From: Eledone cirrhosa
Taxonomy: Eukaryota
Direction: 5' to 3'
Length of the DNA: 64,000 nt
NCBI GenBank assembly: GCA_964016885.1
Contig: OZ024740.1
Span: 102,982,001 to 103,046,000, forward strand
The notes below the pieces were generated by a model. That model worked only from the letters and a program-made list of their open reading frames with translations. It had not been told where the DNA came from and did not search any database. A program made the position numbers and the translations under genes. This document shows, one piece after another, positions 39,955 to 53,355 of the stretch (position 1 is the stretch's first letter; every line of letters begins with the position of its first letter).

Positions 39955-40182
39955 GCGCGCATTCATGTATAACACACATTCATATATAATGCACTTCATG
40001 TATAATGTGCATTCATGTATAATGCACATTTGTGTATAACGTGCACCCCTTTTTGACCAGAAAAATGTCAGGAAAAGCTTAAGAAAAGCTGGAAACATTT
40101 AGTTATTGTGTATATCGTGCACCCTCAAAACAAAAGGAAAAGAGTAAAAAAAAACTGTGCGTTATACTTGGAAGAATATGGA
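39955..40182. mobile_element. Tc1/pogo-type MITE remnant with ~18-bp tandem units
   Basis: TGTATAATGCAC repeats and end GCGTTATACTTGGAAGAATATGG. Confidence 0.45.
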
Positions 40183-40364
40183 AGGTAGAGAAAACTTTTT
40201 AGTCTTGTCAGGGACAACATATTTATAGTTTGAAAAATGGACTCTGACCATACGGTAAAGTTGTTTGTGGAAAAATGATATCTTATTACTTGGCATTGAG
40301 TATTGAAAAAATTAAAGAGTCAAATATGTAAGTTTGAACAATGAATACAAAAACACATTGTTTT

Positions 40365-40445
40365 TTTTCCAGGGACTTTGTTGAAAAATAAACATCATTT
40401 GGTCATTCTGAGATTATCTGTGAACTTTTCAGCCAATCCTTGGGT
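40365..40445 (+). mobile_element. Mariner 3' end related to the 20414 MITE
   Basis: CCAGGGACTTTGTTGAAAAATAAAC..ATTTGGTCATTC...GAACTTTTCAGC. Confidence 0.7.
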
Positions 40446-40524
40446 GTGTATATATATATATATATATGGAATAGAATGAAACGAAATTTCATTTCTCACT
40501 CTTAGTACGGCACTTACTTAAATG

Positions 40525-40574
40525 TAAGTATGTATGTATAGTACATACATATATGTATACAGACGTACAGTAGC

Positions 40575-40622
<48 letters not shown>

Positions 40623-40933
40623 GCACACATATATATATGCACGTATCAGTTTACCGAACATTTATTATAATGTTCGCTTTGTTCGTTTGTAAACAAACGA
40701 ACAGCCTGATTTACGCCGTACAGTGTTCAGGCAACCACGTCACCTTTTTGTTCAACACTGACACAGGAACGATGTACTAGTTTTAAGCTTGTTAGCTATC
40801 GTCAGCACCGTATACCTTTCTGCCAGATGGTTGAACGTTCGAAAGTATATACTTTCCTTATGAAAATTAACGAACAAAGCGAACATTATAATAAATGTTC
40901 GGTAAACTGATACGTGCATATATATATGTGTGC

Positions 40934-40997
<64 letters not shown>

Positions 40998-41046
40998 GCT
41001 ACTGTACGTCTGTATACATATATGTATGTACGTATACATACATACT

Positions 41047-41048
<2 letters not shown>
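40525..41048. repeat. Near-perfect inverted duplication, ~165-180-bp arms, 181-bp spacer
   Basis: Arms 40525-40687 and 40869-41048, each containing a (TA)n tract. Confidence 0.93.
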
Positions 41049-41116
<68 letters not shown>

Positions 41117-41669
41117 ACCCAGTCTAGATTGTAAAGTTGTTTGCAATAGGAAGGGCTATAATAAATATTCTGAAAAAAATACAAAAAAAAAAAAACGAAG
41201 GTAGGGTAGTTTGAATTTATTGATCTTTTCAAGAATAATCTCATTAGTAATAGTAGCACTATAAAATGTACCAAGCTGTAGAAATCTACCCCAAATATAA
41301 AGCTACATGGTATCACAATTAAGTGGATAGTAACAAGACATTGTGAGAGTCAACCAGCCTATGGTGGCATGGGATAAGGATGATATATATATAATCATTA
41401 AGGCCAGTTATTACAATGGTGGCCTTAATAATTATATTAAAACTTATCCTTTGGACTCAGGTTGCTCTCTACCTTGAATATATATACCAAGTTATTACCA
41501 CTATATATATATATACCCATGCTAGCATGGAAAAATCGTTGTTAAATGGTGATGAAGATGATGATGATAATATATATATATATATATAGTTGAAATATGA
41601 ACAAACAAAACACAGGAAGCAATTTTTACACTGTTATATTAGGTTCACGCTTGGTGGTAGTGGAGGAGG

Positions 41670-41705
41670 TTTCGACGTTTCGGACAGAAGTTTTTCTTCA
41701 GGAAA
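41670..41705 (-). ncRNA. Minimal type I hammerhead motif, stem II mutated (same family as 32187)
   Basis: Minus strand TTTC-CTGAAGA-AAAAC-TTCT-GTCC-GAAA-C-GTC-GAAA; shares downstream AAGCGT.AA.CTAATATA with the 32187 copy. Confidence 0.65.
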
Positions 41706-43444
41706 GTTTGGATAGAGGAACCACAGATACACGAATGGGAAGTAAGGGAAAGTTAGGGAAGGAAATAAAAAAAAAAAATAATAATTATAGTGGGTGGGTA
41801 TAGGTCCAGGCTGGGGAGGGGACAGGGTGGATGGTAGGGGGTGGCAAGGGTATAGTAGTGTGTATGGGTAGAATGTAAGGCTTCAAATTATTCTCAGTGT
41901 TAGATGAAGAGAAGTCTGTCAGGTATTGGTTTTGTGTGTGTGTGCATGTGTGTCTGTGATGTTGATTGTATATTTTTTTTGTTGGTGTGTGTGTGAGAAT
42001 ATGAGTGCATGTGACGTTATTAATTGTTTTTATGTGCAGGTTAAAAAAGCTTGTGTGTGAATGGTGAGCATGTGTGTAAGTATATATGATGTTACTATTG
42101 ATCTTTCGTATATTGGTGTGTATGTGTGTGTATTGCCACGTGCGTATGTGAATGATGTTCATGTATGCGAGTGTGTATGTGGGGTATGTTTGTGTATGTT
42201 AAATTGGTCTGAAAATTGAAAGCAGATAGATGGGTAAGCAGCCAGTGAGGTTAGGTCAAGGCGGAAGTAAGGTGGTGGTGCACACAGAACGGAAGTAGTG
42301 GAGGGGGCTGTGGTAGTGGTGGTGTGTGTTGGGGGGGGTAGAGCCGTGCGGTGAAAGGTCTATAAATATGTTGAGAAGCGAAGGTGGTGAGTTAGTAAAT
42401 TAATGAGGTAGAAAGGGGGAACCGAGGGTTGTGTACGTGTGAGTGAGTGCGTGTGGGGGTTTATCTGTAAATTCTGTGTGAGCGTGCATGATTGCGTGTA
42501 TGTGGATGTGTGTATGTGAGTATGTCTACAGGCAGGTGTGTTGGAGTGGTGGATCAGTTAGTAAAATAGTGGGGTATAAAAAATGTTTAAATATGTGTAC
42601 GTTTGTATGCGTGTGTATGGTGGTGTCAGGGTTCTACGTGAAGGTGGTGTAGAGTAGGAGTGTGTGGATGGAGTGAAAAGGAAGCAGAGTGGGGTGGGTG
42701 TATGTAATAGTATGGTTAATGGGGGGGGGGTAGTGAACCGTTAGTGGTTTAATAGTTGTTGGAGTGGGTTAAAGGATGGGGTGTCTGGTAAGGGAGTATC
42801 AGGTGGGGGTGAGTGGTGAGGTGAGCAGAGGTTAGTTGTGTTAGTAGGGGTGGTAGGCCAGTTGATCGAAAGGTGAGGTAAAATAAAAGTGAGTGTGTAC
42901 GTTTGTGTGTGTGTGTGTATGTGTATGGTGGTGTTGGGGGTGTAGGGTAGGAGTGTATGGGTGGTGGAGGGTGGAGTGAAGAGGTGGTGGACTGGGTTTG
43001 TTTAGTAATGATAATAATTGTTTCTACTTTTGGCACAAGGCCAGCAATTACCCAGTGTATTATCGGTACTTTATTTTATCGACCCTGTAAGAATGAAAGC
43101 AAAGTTAACCTCGGTGGGATATGAACTCAGATCATAAAGAGCCATAACTCTATGCTGCAAAGCATGGCGTCCGACCCTCTATTGATACTGCTGGGGTCGG
43201 TAGTGGTCTGTTAGTGGATTAGTTGGGGTGTGGGAGGGAGTTAAAGGAAGATGTGTGGGGTGTTCAAACTGGTGGCGGTCAAGGTCATCATTGTCATGTT
43301 CACGTCTGCTTTCCCTGCTAGCTCTAAACCTGTTCTTTCTTTTATTCACTGTTCAACCATATATATTTAACTCTGTAGTCTTTTGAATGCTCAATGGCAT
43401 GTAATAAGATACCAAATTTCGCTTTGCTTCGATGCGTTATTCAT

Positions 43445-43489
<45 letters not shown>

Positions 43490-44465
43490 GTTTAACGTCC
43501 ATCTTCCACGCTTGCATGGGTTTGGACGGGAATTTTCCCACTTGAGGCAAGAGTGGTTGTCTTGCTCGTATAGGACTGTCTGGCGGGTTTTCTACGGCTG
43601 GATGCCCTTCCTAACACCAACCACACTTACAGTGTGGACTGGGAGGTTTTTATCGTGTTACCTACACGGCCACATTACAGTGTGGACTGTGTGTTTTTTT
43701 TTTTGTCGTGACACCTACACGACCTCATTTGTTTCGGGCTGGTTGTTGTGGTACCAACATAACTTTACATTGAAAGGGGTGGCGTGAATGGGGTGGGGGT
43801 AGTGGGACGGGGGTGTATTTTTGTTAGAGGTGCCTACTGACTGTAGTAGGTTTCACTTTGTACTTAGGTAAGGCGGGTCTTCTGTATTATTGTGTAGCGC
43901 CAAAGATCTCGGTCCAGTGACATTGTCTTGGAGAGGTATAAGTGTGTGAAGTCGGAATTTATCAGATCGTCCCAGGTTTTTCTGGGTCTGCCTACTCCGT
44001 GGCTACCGTCTATTTTTATTGCCCTGCACTTTTTTATACAGCTGTCGTCTTTCATGCGCATCCCGTGACCGTACCAACGAAGCCTTCTCTCGAGTAAACA
44101 ACATCTGATCCCTCTTATTCCTAATTTCTCCCTTAGTTCATTTATGCTTTGCCGTTCACGTATATTACTATTACACATCCAGCGGTGCATGCAAGCTTCG
44201 TTCCTCTCCAGTCTGCGTAGATCCTCTGCACACAATGCCCATGTCTCACTGCCATGTAACATTGCTGTTCGTATGCAGGCATCGTAAACCTGCCTTTCAT
44301 TTTTAGGGAGAACCCTTTAGCGGCTAAAAGTGGTATAAGCTCTCTGAACTTTTTCCATCCAGTTCTGACTCTAGCTACTGTACTTTCAGAGCACCCTTCA
44401 CCACTGCTGATTTTGTCACCCAAGTAACGGAAGGTGTCTACTATTTCTATAGAACCATCTGTGCA
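43445..44465 (-). mobile_element. 5'-truncated RTE LINE: RT C-terminal region, 3' UTR and (ATG)n tail
   Basis: ORFs 44142-44423 and 43864-44262 (one frameshift): FRYLGD...GWKKFREL...HGSETW...RRLRWYGH...GRPRKTW. Confidence 0.95.
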
Positions 44466-44531
44466 ATCATATCTCCATTACATTCAGTTCTAATAGGGTT
44501 ATAGGGTTATATGTCCTACCTTAATTAGGTA

Positions 44532-44693
<162 letters not shown>

Positions 44694-44756
44694 CATCATC
44701 ATTATCATTTAATGTCCATTTTCCATGCTAGCATATGATATACATGTATACGTTGT

Positions 44757-45042
44757 GAGGGCATGTGGCTTAGTGGTGAGGGTGTTTGGCTGACATTCAT
44801 TAGGTTTGGAGGTTGATTTCTGGTGCTACATTGTATCCATGAGCAGGACACTTTATTTCATATTGCTCGAGTGTATTCAGCTAGCAAAAATGAATTGTAC
44901 CTGTAATTCAATGGATTAGCCTTGCCATATTCTGTATCACATTTGTGGAATGCTTAGCCATTTGCATGTTAATTTCAAAAGCAGGCTGTTTTATTAATTA
45001 TTTCAACTGGAACACTCATCTTCATAACTGACGGAGTGCCAC
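44757..45042 (+). mobile_element. tRNA-derived SINE
   Basis: GTGGCTTAGTGG head, GAGCAGGACACTTTATTTC core; related decayed minus copies near 46560-46820 and 55810-55990. Confidence 0.75.
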
Positions 45043-45051
45043 TTTATACAC

Positions 45052-45100
<49 letters not shown>

Positions 45101-45102
45101 TG

Positions 45103-45563
45103 TATATGTTAGCCAGTCAAAGGATAATGCCTTTTTTATCATAGTAGACTCATTTTTTTATAAAATGAATTGAAATTTGACACAAAGGTAAAGGCACCAT
45201 ATCTCCATGAGGCTAACATATATCATTTTGTTTTTTAGCTTTGTATGAGTGACTGAGTTGATTTCAAGATGGAAGTCCATCCAGAGCAAAGAGTAGTAAT
45301 TGAATTCTTTGTTGCTGAAGGAGAAACCCCTGTTAACATTCACAAAAGACTAAAAAAATGTTTATAAAGGTGACGTCTTAGACAATAGCAATGTGCATAG
45401 ATGGGCCCGTCATCTGAATGAAGAAGTGGGAACTGCAAGCTTACCAGACAAGCCTTGCACTGGTCGCTCGTCAACTTTTGTCAACCCTGCCAACAAAGCA
45501 AAAGTAGACACTTTAATTAGAGCTGATAGGTGCATAACACTTGATTAGTTGGCATTAGAGCTT
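45103..45563 (+). mobile_element. Mariner transposon 5' remnant (transposase HTH domain from ATG 45269, frameshifted)
   Basis: MEVHPEQRVVIEFFVAEGETPVNIHKRLK/VYKGDVLDNSNVHRW...LPDKPCTGR...VDTLIRADRCIT. Confidence 0.9.
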
Positions 45564-45620
45564 GTGAATTGTCTTTATACCCAGAAGTGAGCTGAGATCA
45601 AAAGACTTGATGGACACCAA

Positions 45621-45787
45621 CAATGCTGGATTTAGGACAAATGGGGCCTTGTACGAGTTAAGTTATGAGGCCCCTTACTTGGGCTTTGAAGAAGTTAAAA
45701 AGTTTACTTAGCAGGAAGATGGGTCCCTCTTGGCCAACAGAGCCCTGTGCTTAAGCGCACCTAAGCACAATGGTAAATCTTGCACTG
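45621..45787. mobile_element. hAT-type MITE with perfect 8-bp TSD
   Basis: TIRs CAATGCTGGATTTA / TAAATCTTGCACTG; TSD GACACCAA at 45613-45620 and 45788-45795. Confidence 0.88.
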
Positions 45788-47304
45788 GACACCAACCAAC
45801 AAACTGTATTCCATCCATTTCAGATATAAAGGTATGTTGCTACAAGATGTGAAACAGCATTCATTCTATTGAGAAATTATTTTACTACCTGTGTTCTCTC
45901 AAATTTGTATTTTCTTTTTACTGTAATTTACATTCAGTTTTTGTTTTTGTTAAGTAAATCAGTCAAATGCTGCCTAATGCAGCCATGTGCAATCACTTAG
46001 TTTTCTAGAATGGTACAACTTTATTTTACAGATGGTGATCACTGACCATTAAACAAATCTATTTAGTAAATGATACTAACTTCTAGGTTAATATATATAT
46101 ATATGTGTGTATATTGTATATATATTATATAACATTTTGGTTGACCTGTTGTCTTTGTGTTGCCTTTGTGTTTTGTGTTTGTATATTTCTTTTGTAATAT
46201 ATTCCAGAATATTCTGAAATACATCTCTCTCTCTCTCCTCTCTTCCACATCTCTCTTCTGCCTCTCTTATCCTCACTTTTCCTTCTTACTTAGCCTCTCT
46301 CTCACCTAACTCTTCCCCCTCTCTCTTCTACCTCTCTCTTCCATCTCTCTCTTCCACCTCTCTCTTCCTCCCTCGCTGCCACCTCTCTTTCCCTCCTTCT
46401 TCTTCCTCTCTCTCTGCCCCCTCTTTTCCCTATCTCTCTTTCTTCCTCCACCACCCTCTCTTTCTCATGTTCTCTCTCCCACAGGTATACACATACATAA
46501 ACACATATACAAACACACTGTCTCACTCATACAAACACACAAACACAGAGAGAGATAGACAACAACGTGTATGTTAGACCTTCGTCAATTCTAGCAAAGA
46601 GTGTTCCAGTTGTTCAAACTATGGAGCAGCCTGCTCATCTAATTAACGTGCATGTGTCTGAGTATACTACAGTTTTCAGGTAGATTCAGAATAACACACA
46701 GTGTGACATGGCTGGCCCCTTTAAATTACTGGTATGACTGGGTGGACTGGAACAATGTGAAATAAAGTGTCTTACATAATGACACAACATATTACCATGA
46801 ATCAAACTCACAACACCTTCAAGATCATGCTCTTAATTAACCTTTAGCATGCTAGAAATGTTTATGATTGCTTCCCTTGACACTGCATTATGTATTAAGG
46901 GGAGATTACTCTATTGGAGATTTAATGTGACTAGAACATGTGGAAGGTTAAGCTATTTAAATAAAATAACAAAATAAAATATTATTCACTGTTCTATTAT
47001 GATTTCTGATTTAGGCACAAGACCAACAATTTGTGGGAAGGGAAAGTCGATTAAATCAACCCCAGTGTGTTACTGCTACTTTGGATGAAAAGCAAAACCA
47101 ACCACAGCAGGATTGGAGCTTAGAATGTTAAGGGCTGTACCTAAATGCTGTAAAGCATATTGATCGATGCTTTTCCGATACTGCCAATCTATTTACTGTT
47201 CTATAATAAAAAATATTATATTTTAATAACATGAAAATTCCTTGACCACTTTTATGGTTGCAAGCCAAACGCTCTAACCACTAAGTTACATGCCCTTAGA
47301 GGCA

Positions 47305-47845
47305 AAATATACACACACATACTCACACACACACATGCACACAAACACATGTAGACACTCAGACAACCAGACAGTACACATCTACACACATGCATACTTA
47401 TACATACATACACACATGCACATGTGCTTCAAATACATGTTCACACTCAGACAAGCAAACAATACACACCTACACAGATGCACACATATACATACATACA
47501 CATACTCACACACACACATGCTCATAAACACATATAGACACTCAGACAAGCAGACAATACACACCTTCACACATGAACACATATACATATACATACACAA
47601 TCACACACACACTCACTCACATACTCTCACACACATGTTCACAAACATATGTTCACACTCAGGCATGCAGACAATGCACACCTACACATGCACACTTATT
47701 CATATACTCACACACACACATGCTCATAAATACATTTACACATTCAGACAAGTAGAAAATAGTCACCTACACACATGCACACATACTCACAAACACATGT
47801 AGACACTCAGACAAGCAAACAATACACACATGCACACATATACAT
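47305..47845. repeat. Degenerate CA-rich minisatellite (ACACTCAGACAAGCA motif)
   Basis: Directly visible. Confidence 0.75.
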
Positions 47846-47914
47846 ACTGGTGGTAGCAGCAACAGCAGCAGCAGCAGCAGCAGCAGTAGCAGTAGCAGTA
47901 GTAGTAGTGGCAAT

Positions 47915-47990
<76 letters not shown>

Positions 47991-48309
47991 CAATAAGTGT
48001 GATAAAATATTTAGTTTTGACTTTTCCAGTTGGTTCATTTAACATTACATTGGTTGGTATGGTGTAGGTGTTGGTCTGTAGAGATCTCACACTCTTATAT
48101 CACCAGTACCACTACTACTACTACCACCACCACTACTGCTATCACCATCACCACCACCATCTCATCACCATTACCATCACCATCACACCACCAAAACCAC
48201 CACCACCACCACCACCACCACCACACCACCAAAACCACCACCAACACCACCACACCACCAAAACCACCACCACCACCACCACCACTACTGCTATCACCAT
48301 CACCACCAC

Positions 48310-48843
48310 CATAGAATATATTTTCATCTATCACTAAGTATCTGCAGCAGTCCTCATCAGATACCAGTGAAACAATATATCATTGATAGAGATGTTGCTA
48401 GATTGGCTTGTAGTTATTCCTCACTTTACAATAATATAGGAACATTTATCTTGGCCAAACACCATTCCTATATCTTTTGAGAGTGTTGTAACATGGTCAA
48501 ATAAGACATTGGCTGGAGAGGCTCATTTGTATATAGTGTGAACTTTTTTAGAGTATAATATTGAATATTAAAATGGAAAGGTTTTAATATTCAATATTAT
48601 ACTCTAAAAAAGTTCACACTATATACAAATGAGCCTCTCCAGCCAATGTCTTATTTGACCTTGTTACAACACTCAAAAGATATAGGAATGGTGTTTGGCC
48701 AAAATAAATGTTCCTATATGATTATAAAGTGAGGAATAACTACAAGCCAATCTAGCAACACCTCTATCAATGATTTATTGTTTCACTGGTATCTGATGAG
48801 GACTGCTGCAGGTACTTAGGGATAGATGAAAATATATTCTATG
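48310..48843. repeat. Long palindrome, ~264-bp arms, 8-nt loop
   Basis: Centre ...AATATTAAAA TGGAAAGG TTTTAATATT... Confidence 0.97.
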
Positions 48844-48997
48844 ATGGTATTTGCAACAAGGAATGAGTGACCAGGGAATATAACACTTGAATAGGAAAAA
48901 TATGGTCTTTAAAATTCTCTGCATACAATAAATCAGTAGCCCACAATGTGTTTGCTGTGCCTGTACTGACACCAACATTTGGACTATGTGACTAGAC
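48610..48997 (+). mobile_element. R4/Dong-clade LINE RT C-terminal fragment
   Basis: SKDIGMVFGQNKCSYMIIK*G.../RYLGIDENIFYDGICNKE*VTREY...KIWS...AYNKSVAHNVFAVPVLTPTFG. Confidence 0.85.
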
Positions 48998-49002
48998 CTC
49001 CA

Positions 49003-49266
49003 CCACCCTAGTCCACACTGTAAAGTGGTCTTGTAAGTGTCACAACAAAAAGCACGCAGTTCACACTGTAAAATGGTTGTGTAGGTGTCACAACAAAAAG
49101 CACCCAGTGCACACTGTAAATGCGTTTGGCATTAGGAAGGGCATCCAGCCATAGAAACCAAGCCAAATTTGGTCCAGTGTGAGAAAGACATGTCTTGGCT
49201 CACATCTGAACAACTCGTCTAACCTATTCTAGTCTGGAAAAATGGACGTTAAATGATGATGATGAT
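49003..49266 (+). mobile_element. RTE 3' UTR, downstream half, with (ATG)n tail
   Basis: TCCACACTGTAAAGTGG...AGGAAGGGCATCCAGCC...GGACGTTAAATGATG. Confidence 0.85.
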
Positions 49267-49457
49267 ATATATACATATATATGTATACACACACAATGGA
49301 GTTCCGTGCAGTTTCCACCTACTTAATTCAAGTCAAACGGTATTAGCCAACCTGAAGCTATAGTAGAAGACACTTGCTCAAGTGCTCAAGAAGATGCACT
49401 GTGTGATTGAACCAAGAACCATGTGTTTGTGAAGCAAACTTCTTAACCACATAGCCA

Positions 49458-49975
49458 TATGATGTACTCCAGGTCATCTCTGTTCCACCAGACCTATGTT
49501 GTACTTCATGTCACCCCAGTTCCACCAGACCTATGTTATACTCCACATCCCTCCTGATCCACCAGACCTATGATGTACTTCAGTTCACCTCAGTTCCATC
49601 AGACCTATGATGTACTCCACATTACCCCTGATCCACCAGCTCTATGATGTACTCCACTTAAATGTTTATTCTGGTGTATAAATTCTTCCATCATAATTTT
49701 ATTTGAGAAATTTTTGCTAAGTACATTATGTTCTAAATATTGGCTAGACTAATGAAAGAGTTAGTTATTTTATTAAATTCCTCCAAATTTTTTCTTATTT
49801 TCAAAATTCATTGAAAGATATTTCTTTAGAAATTATCATCATCATCATCATTTTTCACGCTTGCATGGGCTGAACAAAAAACTGCATCCATGATGAGATG
49901 GTCTTTGATCATAGATCTGGTGGATCAGGAGTGACATGAAATACATTATAGTTCTAGTGGATCAGGGGTGACAAG
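49458..49975. repeat. ~38-bp tandem units (49458-49657) with inverted copies at 49908-49975
   Basis: TATGATGTACTCCA...CCACCAGACC vs ATAGATCTGGTGGATCAGG. Confidence 0.7.
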
Positions 49976-50236
49976 GCACAGCCATTTGTAGATTACTTTA
50001 AGGAACAGGCTATTCTGCTGATGAAATCAACTGCAACACTTGTAGAGGTCAAACACACACATGAGTGTGTGTGTGCGTATAGGTTTTTATGAATTTTGTG
50101 TGTGTATAGATATAGATATACAGAAGTGACTGTATATATATACATGTATATATGTATATACATAGCTATATGTGTGTGTATGCGTCTTTCTGAATAAGTT
50201 TAACTGAGGCTCTGTGTAGTTTTGTAGTTATGTATG

Positions 50237-50335
50237 TTCTTTAGCTTATTTTGTATAAATTTCTCACCAAAAGAGAAAGAACCAGTTTCCCAGAAACAAG
50301 ACTCTTTCATTGAAATTTAGACATCTGCTAAATAG
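50237..50335 (-). mobile_element. Short R4/Dong 3' UTR copy between TATG repeats
   Basis: AGAAACAAGACTCTTTCATTG shared with 50557-50578. Confidence 0.75.
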
Positions 50336-50372
50336 CCATGTATGTATGTGTGTATGTATATATATATGTATG

Positions 50373-50406
<34 letters not shown>

Positions 50407-50493
50407 TGTATGTATGTATGTATGTATGTATGCTTGTATGTGTGTGTGCATATGTATATATATATATATATATATATGTATTATGTATGTATG

Positions 50494-51800
50494 TTCTTCA
50501 GGTTTTTTTATTTTATAAATTTTCGCCAATAGAGAGAGAGAGTTGGTATCTCACATAGAAACAAGACTCTTTCATTGGAATATAGACATCATCAACTAGG
50601 TAAATACTTATGTTTGTGAGTATGTGCTGGTATGTGTCGATCTGTATGTTTTGAATTATAAGTCTACACTTTAATATGTTTCTGTATCTGTACAAGTGTA
50701 TATGCAGTTATTACATGCAGAATTTCTGAAAAATTTTACATATTTTTACAGTTCCATTAACAGACTGTACTTGCAACTTCCTAACTAGTCGTGCTCTTTC
50801 TGGTTTTGTGAATCAAAACTCCTCAAAATTTGTACTGAGGCAGTTAGTAACGAATCCAAGAGCCCCAATGATCACTGGTACAAATCTAAAGGTATAGTCA
50901 GGCTGGAGTATCTGCAGATTCCTCATTAGTTCAGCATAAATATTTTCTTTTTCACTGAACATTATATTGACTTCTACTGAGCAGCTGGTTTCCACTACTG
51001 TACATGCCTTCTTTTCTTTGTCCCGTATCACCCTCTGGCCTGTTATGTTTTCATTTTAGTCAGGCTTTGAATGGAACATTCCACTAGTAGTTTTTTATAT
51101 TATGCTTGTATATGTCCTCAACATTACTGTAACTTTTTATGTTTATTTTCAGGGCTATCTTTTCTGCAGATTGCATTGTATAGTGTTTTGGCCACTACAT
51201 CGTGCCTCATAGGTAGATAGTACTGTGATGGCATATTTGGACAGCTGCCTATGATGTAGGTGACATCCATGAAGTTTATTCTGCAGAGTCTGCAGTTGTT
51301 GTCACATCTAGGTGTTTTGCCTGCATCTCTATCTTTTTTGTGCATTAGGTATTTTGTTATTTCCTGTTCTTGGATCACAAAAACATATTCTTCAAAGTGA
51401 GAGATAATATAGTGGTTTTTGATCCAAGACAGACTACTTTGCTTATCTATATTACTCTCACTTTGAAACTTTCCGACACCATAGCCATGCATGATTTTTT
51501 TTCACTGATAAGCAAGACACTTTTCATACATGGATTCATTGAGGCATTGTTGTGCAATTTCCTCCGGTGTGATGTTTTGGTTATCATGCAGAGCTCTCAA
51601 GCAGCTCCTTCCCAACTCACATGATGTTATCTGTCTCATGTACACAGACTTGTTCTATGCTTGGTGGTTTGTAGATATTGTTGAAAGGATATGATGTGAC
51701 ACCTAAATGCTGTTTGGACTGATGTCAAGCCTCTGCCTCTGTTTGCATTTCAGGTAGAGGCAGTTAATGTCACTGTTGATGTGGAAATTTATGGTGAGGT
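50494..51800 (-). mobile_element. R4/Dong-clade non-LTR retrotransposon 3' half (zinc knuckle + restriction-like endonuclease), pseudogenised
   Basis: FHINSDINCLYLK; AIQEQ-like VIQEQEI; CRLC...IIGSC...RHDVVA; HNRP; KENIYAEL; FVPVIIGALG; 3' end joins (CATA)n. Confidence 0.93.
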
Positions 51801-51804
51801 AGAT

Positions 51805-51930
51805 CTAGGGTGGGGTGTTTATGAGGTGTGGGGTGGATCAAGGAAGGGGTGTTAGGACATGGGAGTTGTATGATAAGGAGAGAGTGTGCACATGGGAATG
51901 CAGGTTTTTTTGTATTACTGCATTACACCC
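51805..51930 (-). mobile_element. RTE ORF end / upstream half of 3' UTR
   Basis: GGGAATGCAGGTTTTTTTGTATTACTGCAT matches 58972-59001 and 43870-43900. Confidence 0.65.
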
Positions 51931-52794
51931 TAGATATACCAGGTTTATATGAAAGATGGAATGGTCATGACTGGAATATATTTGAGGAGTTGTTAGTTAT
52001 TACTCCCCTTCCTTACCCCCTCCCTGTTGGGACTAACCAACAACAATTACTATACACATTTAGACAATTACACATCTGAGTATGCTCAACTACTATATAA
52101 TTTCTTTCTCTTTCACTCACACACACATACACACACACTTTCTCTCTGTCTCACTCACACACATACACACACACACAGACATTTAAAGATAGAAACAAAT
52201 TTACATACATCTACACACACACACACTCTTTCTCTCTCTCTTTCTCTCTTTGTTTCGCACACATGCACACACAGAAGCAACTACACACTTTCCCAAGGTA
52301 ACACACACAGACAGAGGCAACTACACACTTTCCCTGTGTAACACATACATACCCCCCCCCCCCCCCCCCAACAACACACACACTTTCCTCCACACACACA
52401 GGCAATCACACACTTTCCTCCACACACAGAAGCAATCACACATATACACTCACACACACATTTACAAATATTTTCACACACACACACACACACAGAGTGA
52501 GAGGCAACTACACACTTTCCTAGTGTAACATGGGATGAATCTGAAGTGTAAATGCCAAGGTATTAGGGACCAGTTTAAAAGACTGTTAACTACTTCATCA
52601 ACATTACCCCAGTGACCCCTTTTCCCCCACCCTACATCCACCTAATGATAGTGGGGGTGGGGGCTAGATGGTAGATGATGTAAACTAGGAGTGGGGTAAA
52701 GTAAACCACACCCTTCAAAACAGGTCAATATAGGTTGGAAAAGATAAGGTCAACATATTGACCCCTCACTTTTACTGGGGGATCAACAATTAGG

Positions 52795-53025
52795 GTGTGG
52801 GGTGTGGTGGTGGTGGTGGTGGTGGTGGTGGTGGTGGTGGTGGTGGTTGTGGTGGAGGTGGCAGTGGTGATGGTTGTAGCAGTGGTAGTGATGCTGATGA
52901 TAGCAGTGGTGGTGGTGGTGGTGGGGATGGTGATGGTTCTGGTGGTGGTCCTGGTGGTGGTAGTGGTGGTGGTGATATTAGTTGTGATAGTGGTAGTGGC
53001 AGTGGCTGTGGTGGTAGAGGTATAG
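52795..53025. repeat. (GGT)n-rich tract
   Basis: Directly visible. Confidence 0.9.
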
Positions 53026-53277
53026 ATAGAGTTTAGGGTAGATCAGGGTGTGGTGACATTAACATAGGATAAGGAGGCCCAAGGATGATGGGTGTAGAGT
53101 GATTGTGAGGAGGAGGCAAGTAGTAGAGAAATTTAGTTCACATAATGTGGTTTGACCCAAGACACTTGCCTAAGATGTGACACAATGGAAATGAACTTAG
53201 AATCTCATGATTGCAAGACAAATCCTAATTGTTTTGGAAGGGAAATACTGACTGCCACTTCCACACTACCACTTCCA

Positions 53278-53278
<1 letters not shown>

Positions 53279-53355
<77 letters not shown>

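Noticed and set aside
41790-43010. Penelope ORF or G-quadruplex element upstream of the 41670 hammerhead
   Set aside because: Only GT-rich low complexity; no GIY-YIG or RT motif readable
48793-48831. Hammerhead (CTGATGA...GAAA) in the palindrome arm
   Set aside because: No stem II or stem I; the sequence is explained as LINE coding (SDEDCCRYLGIDEN)
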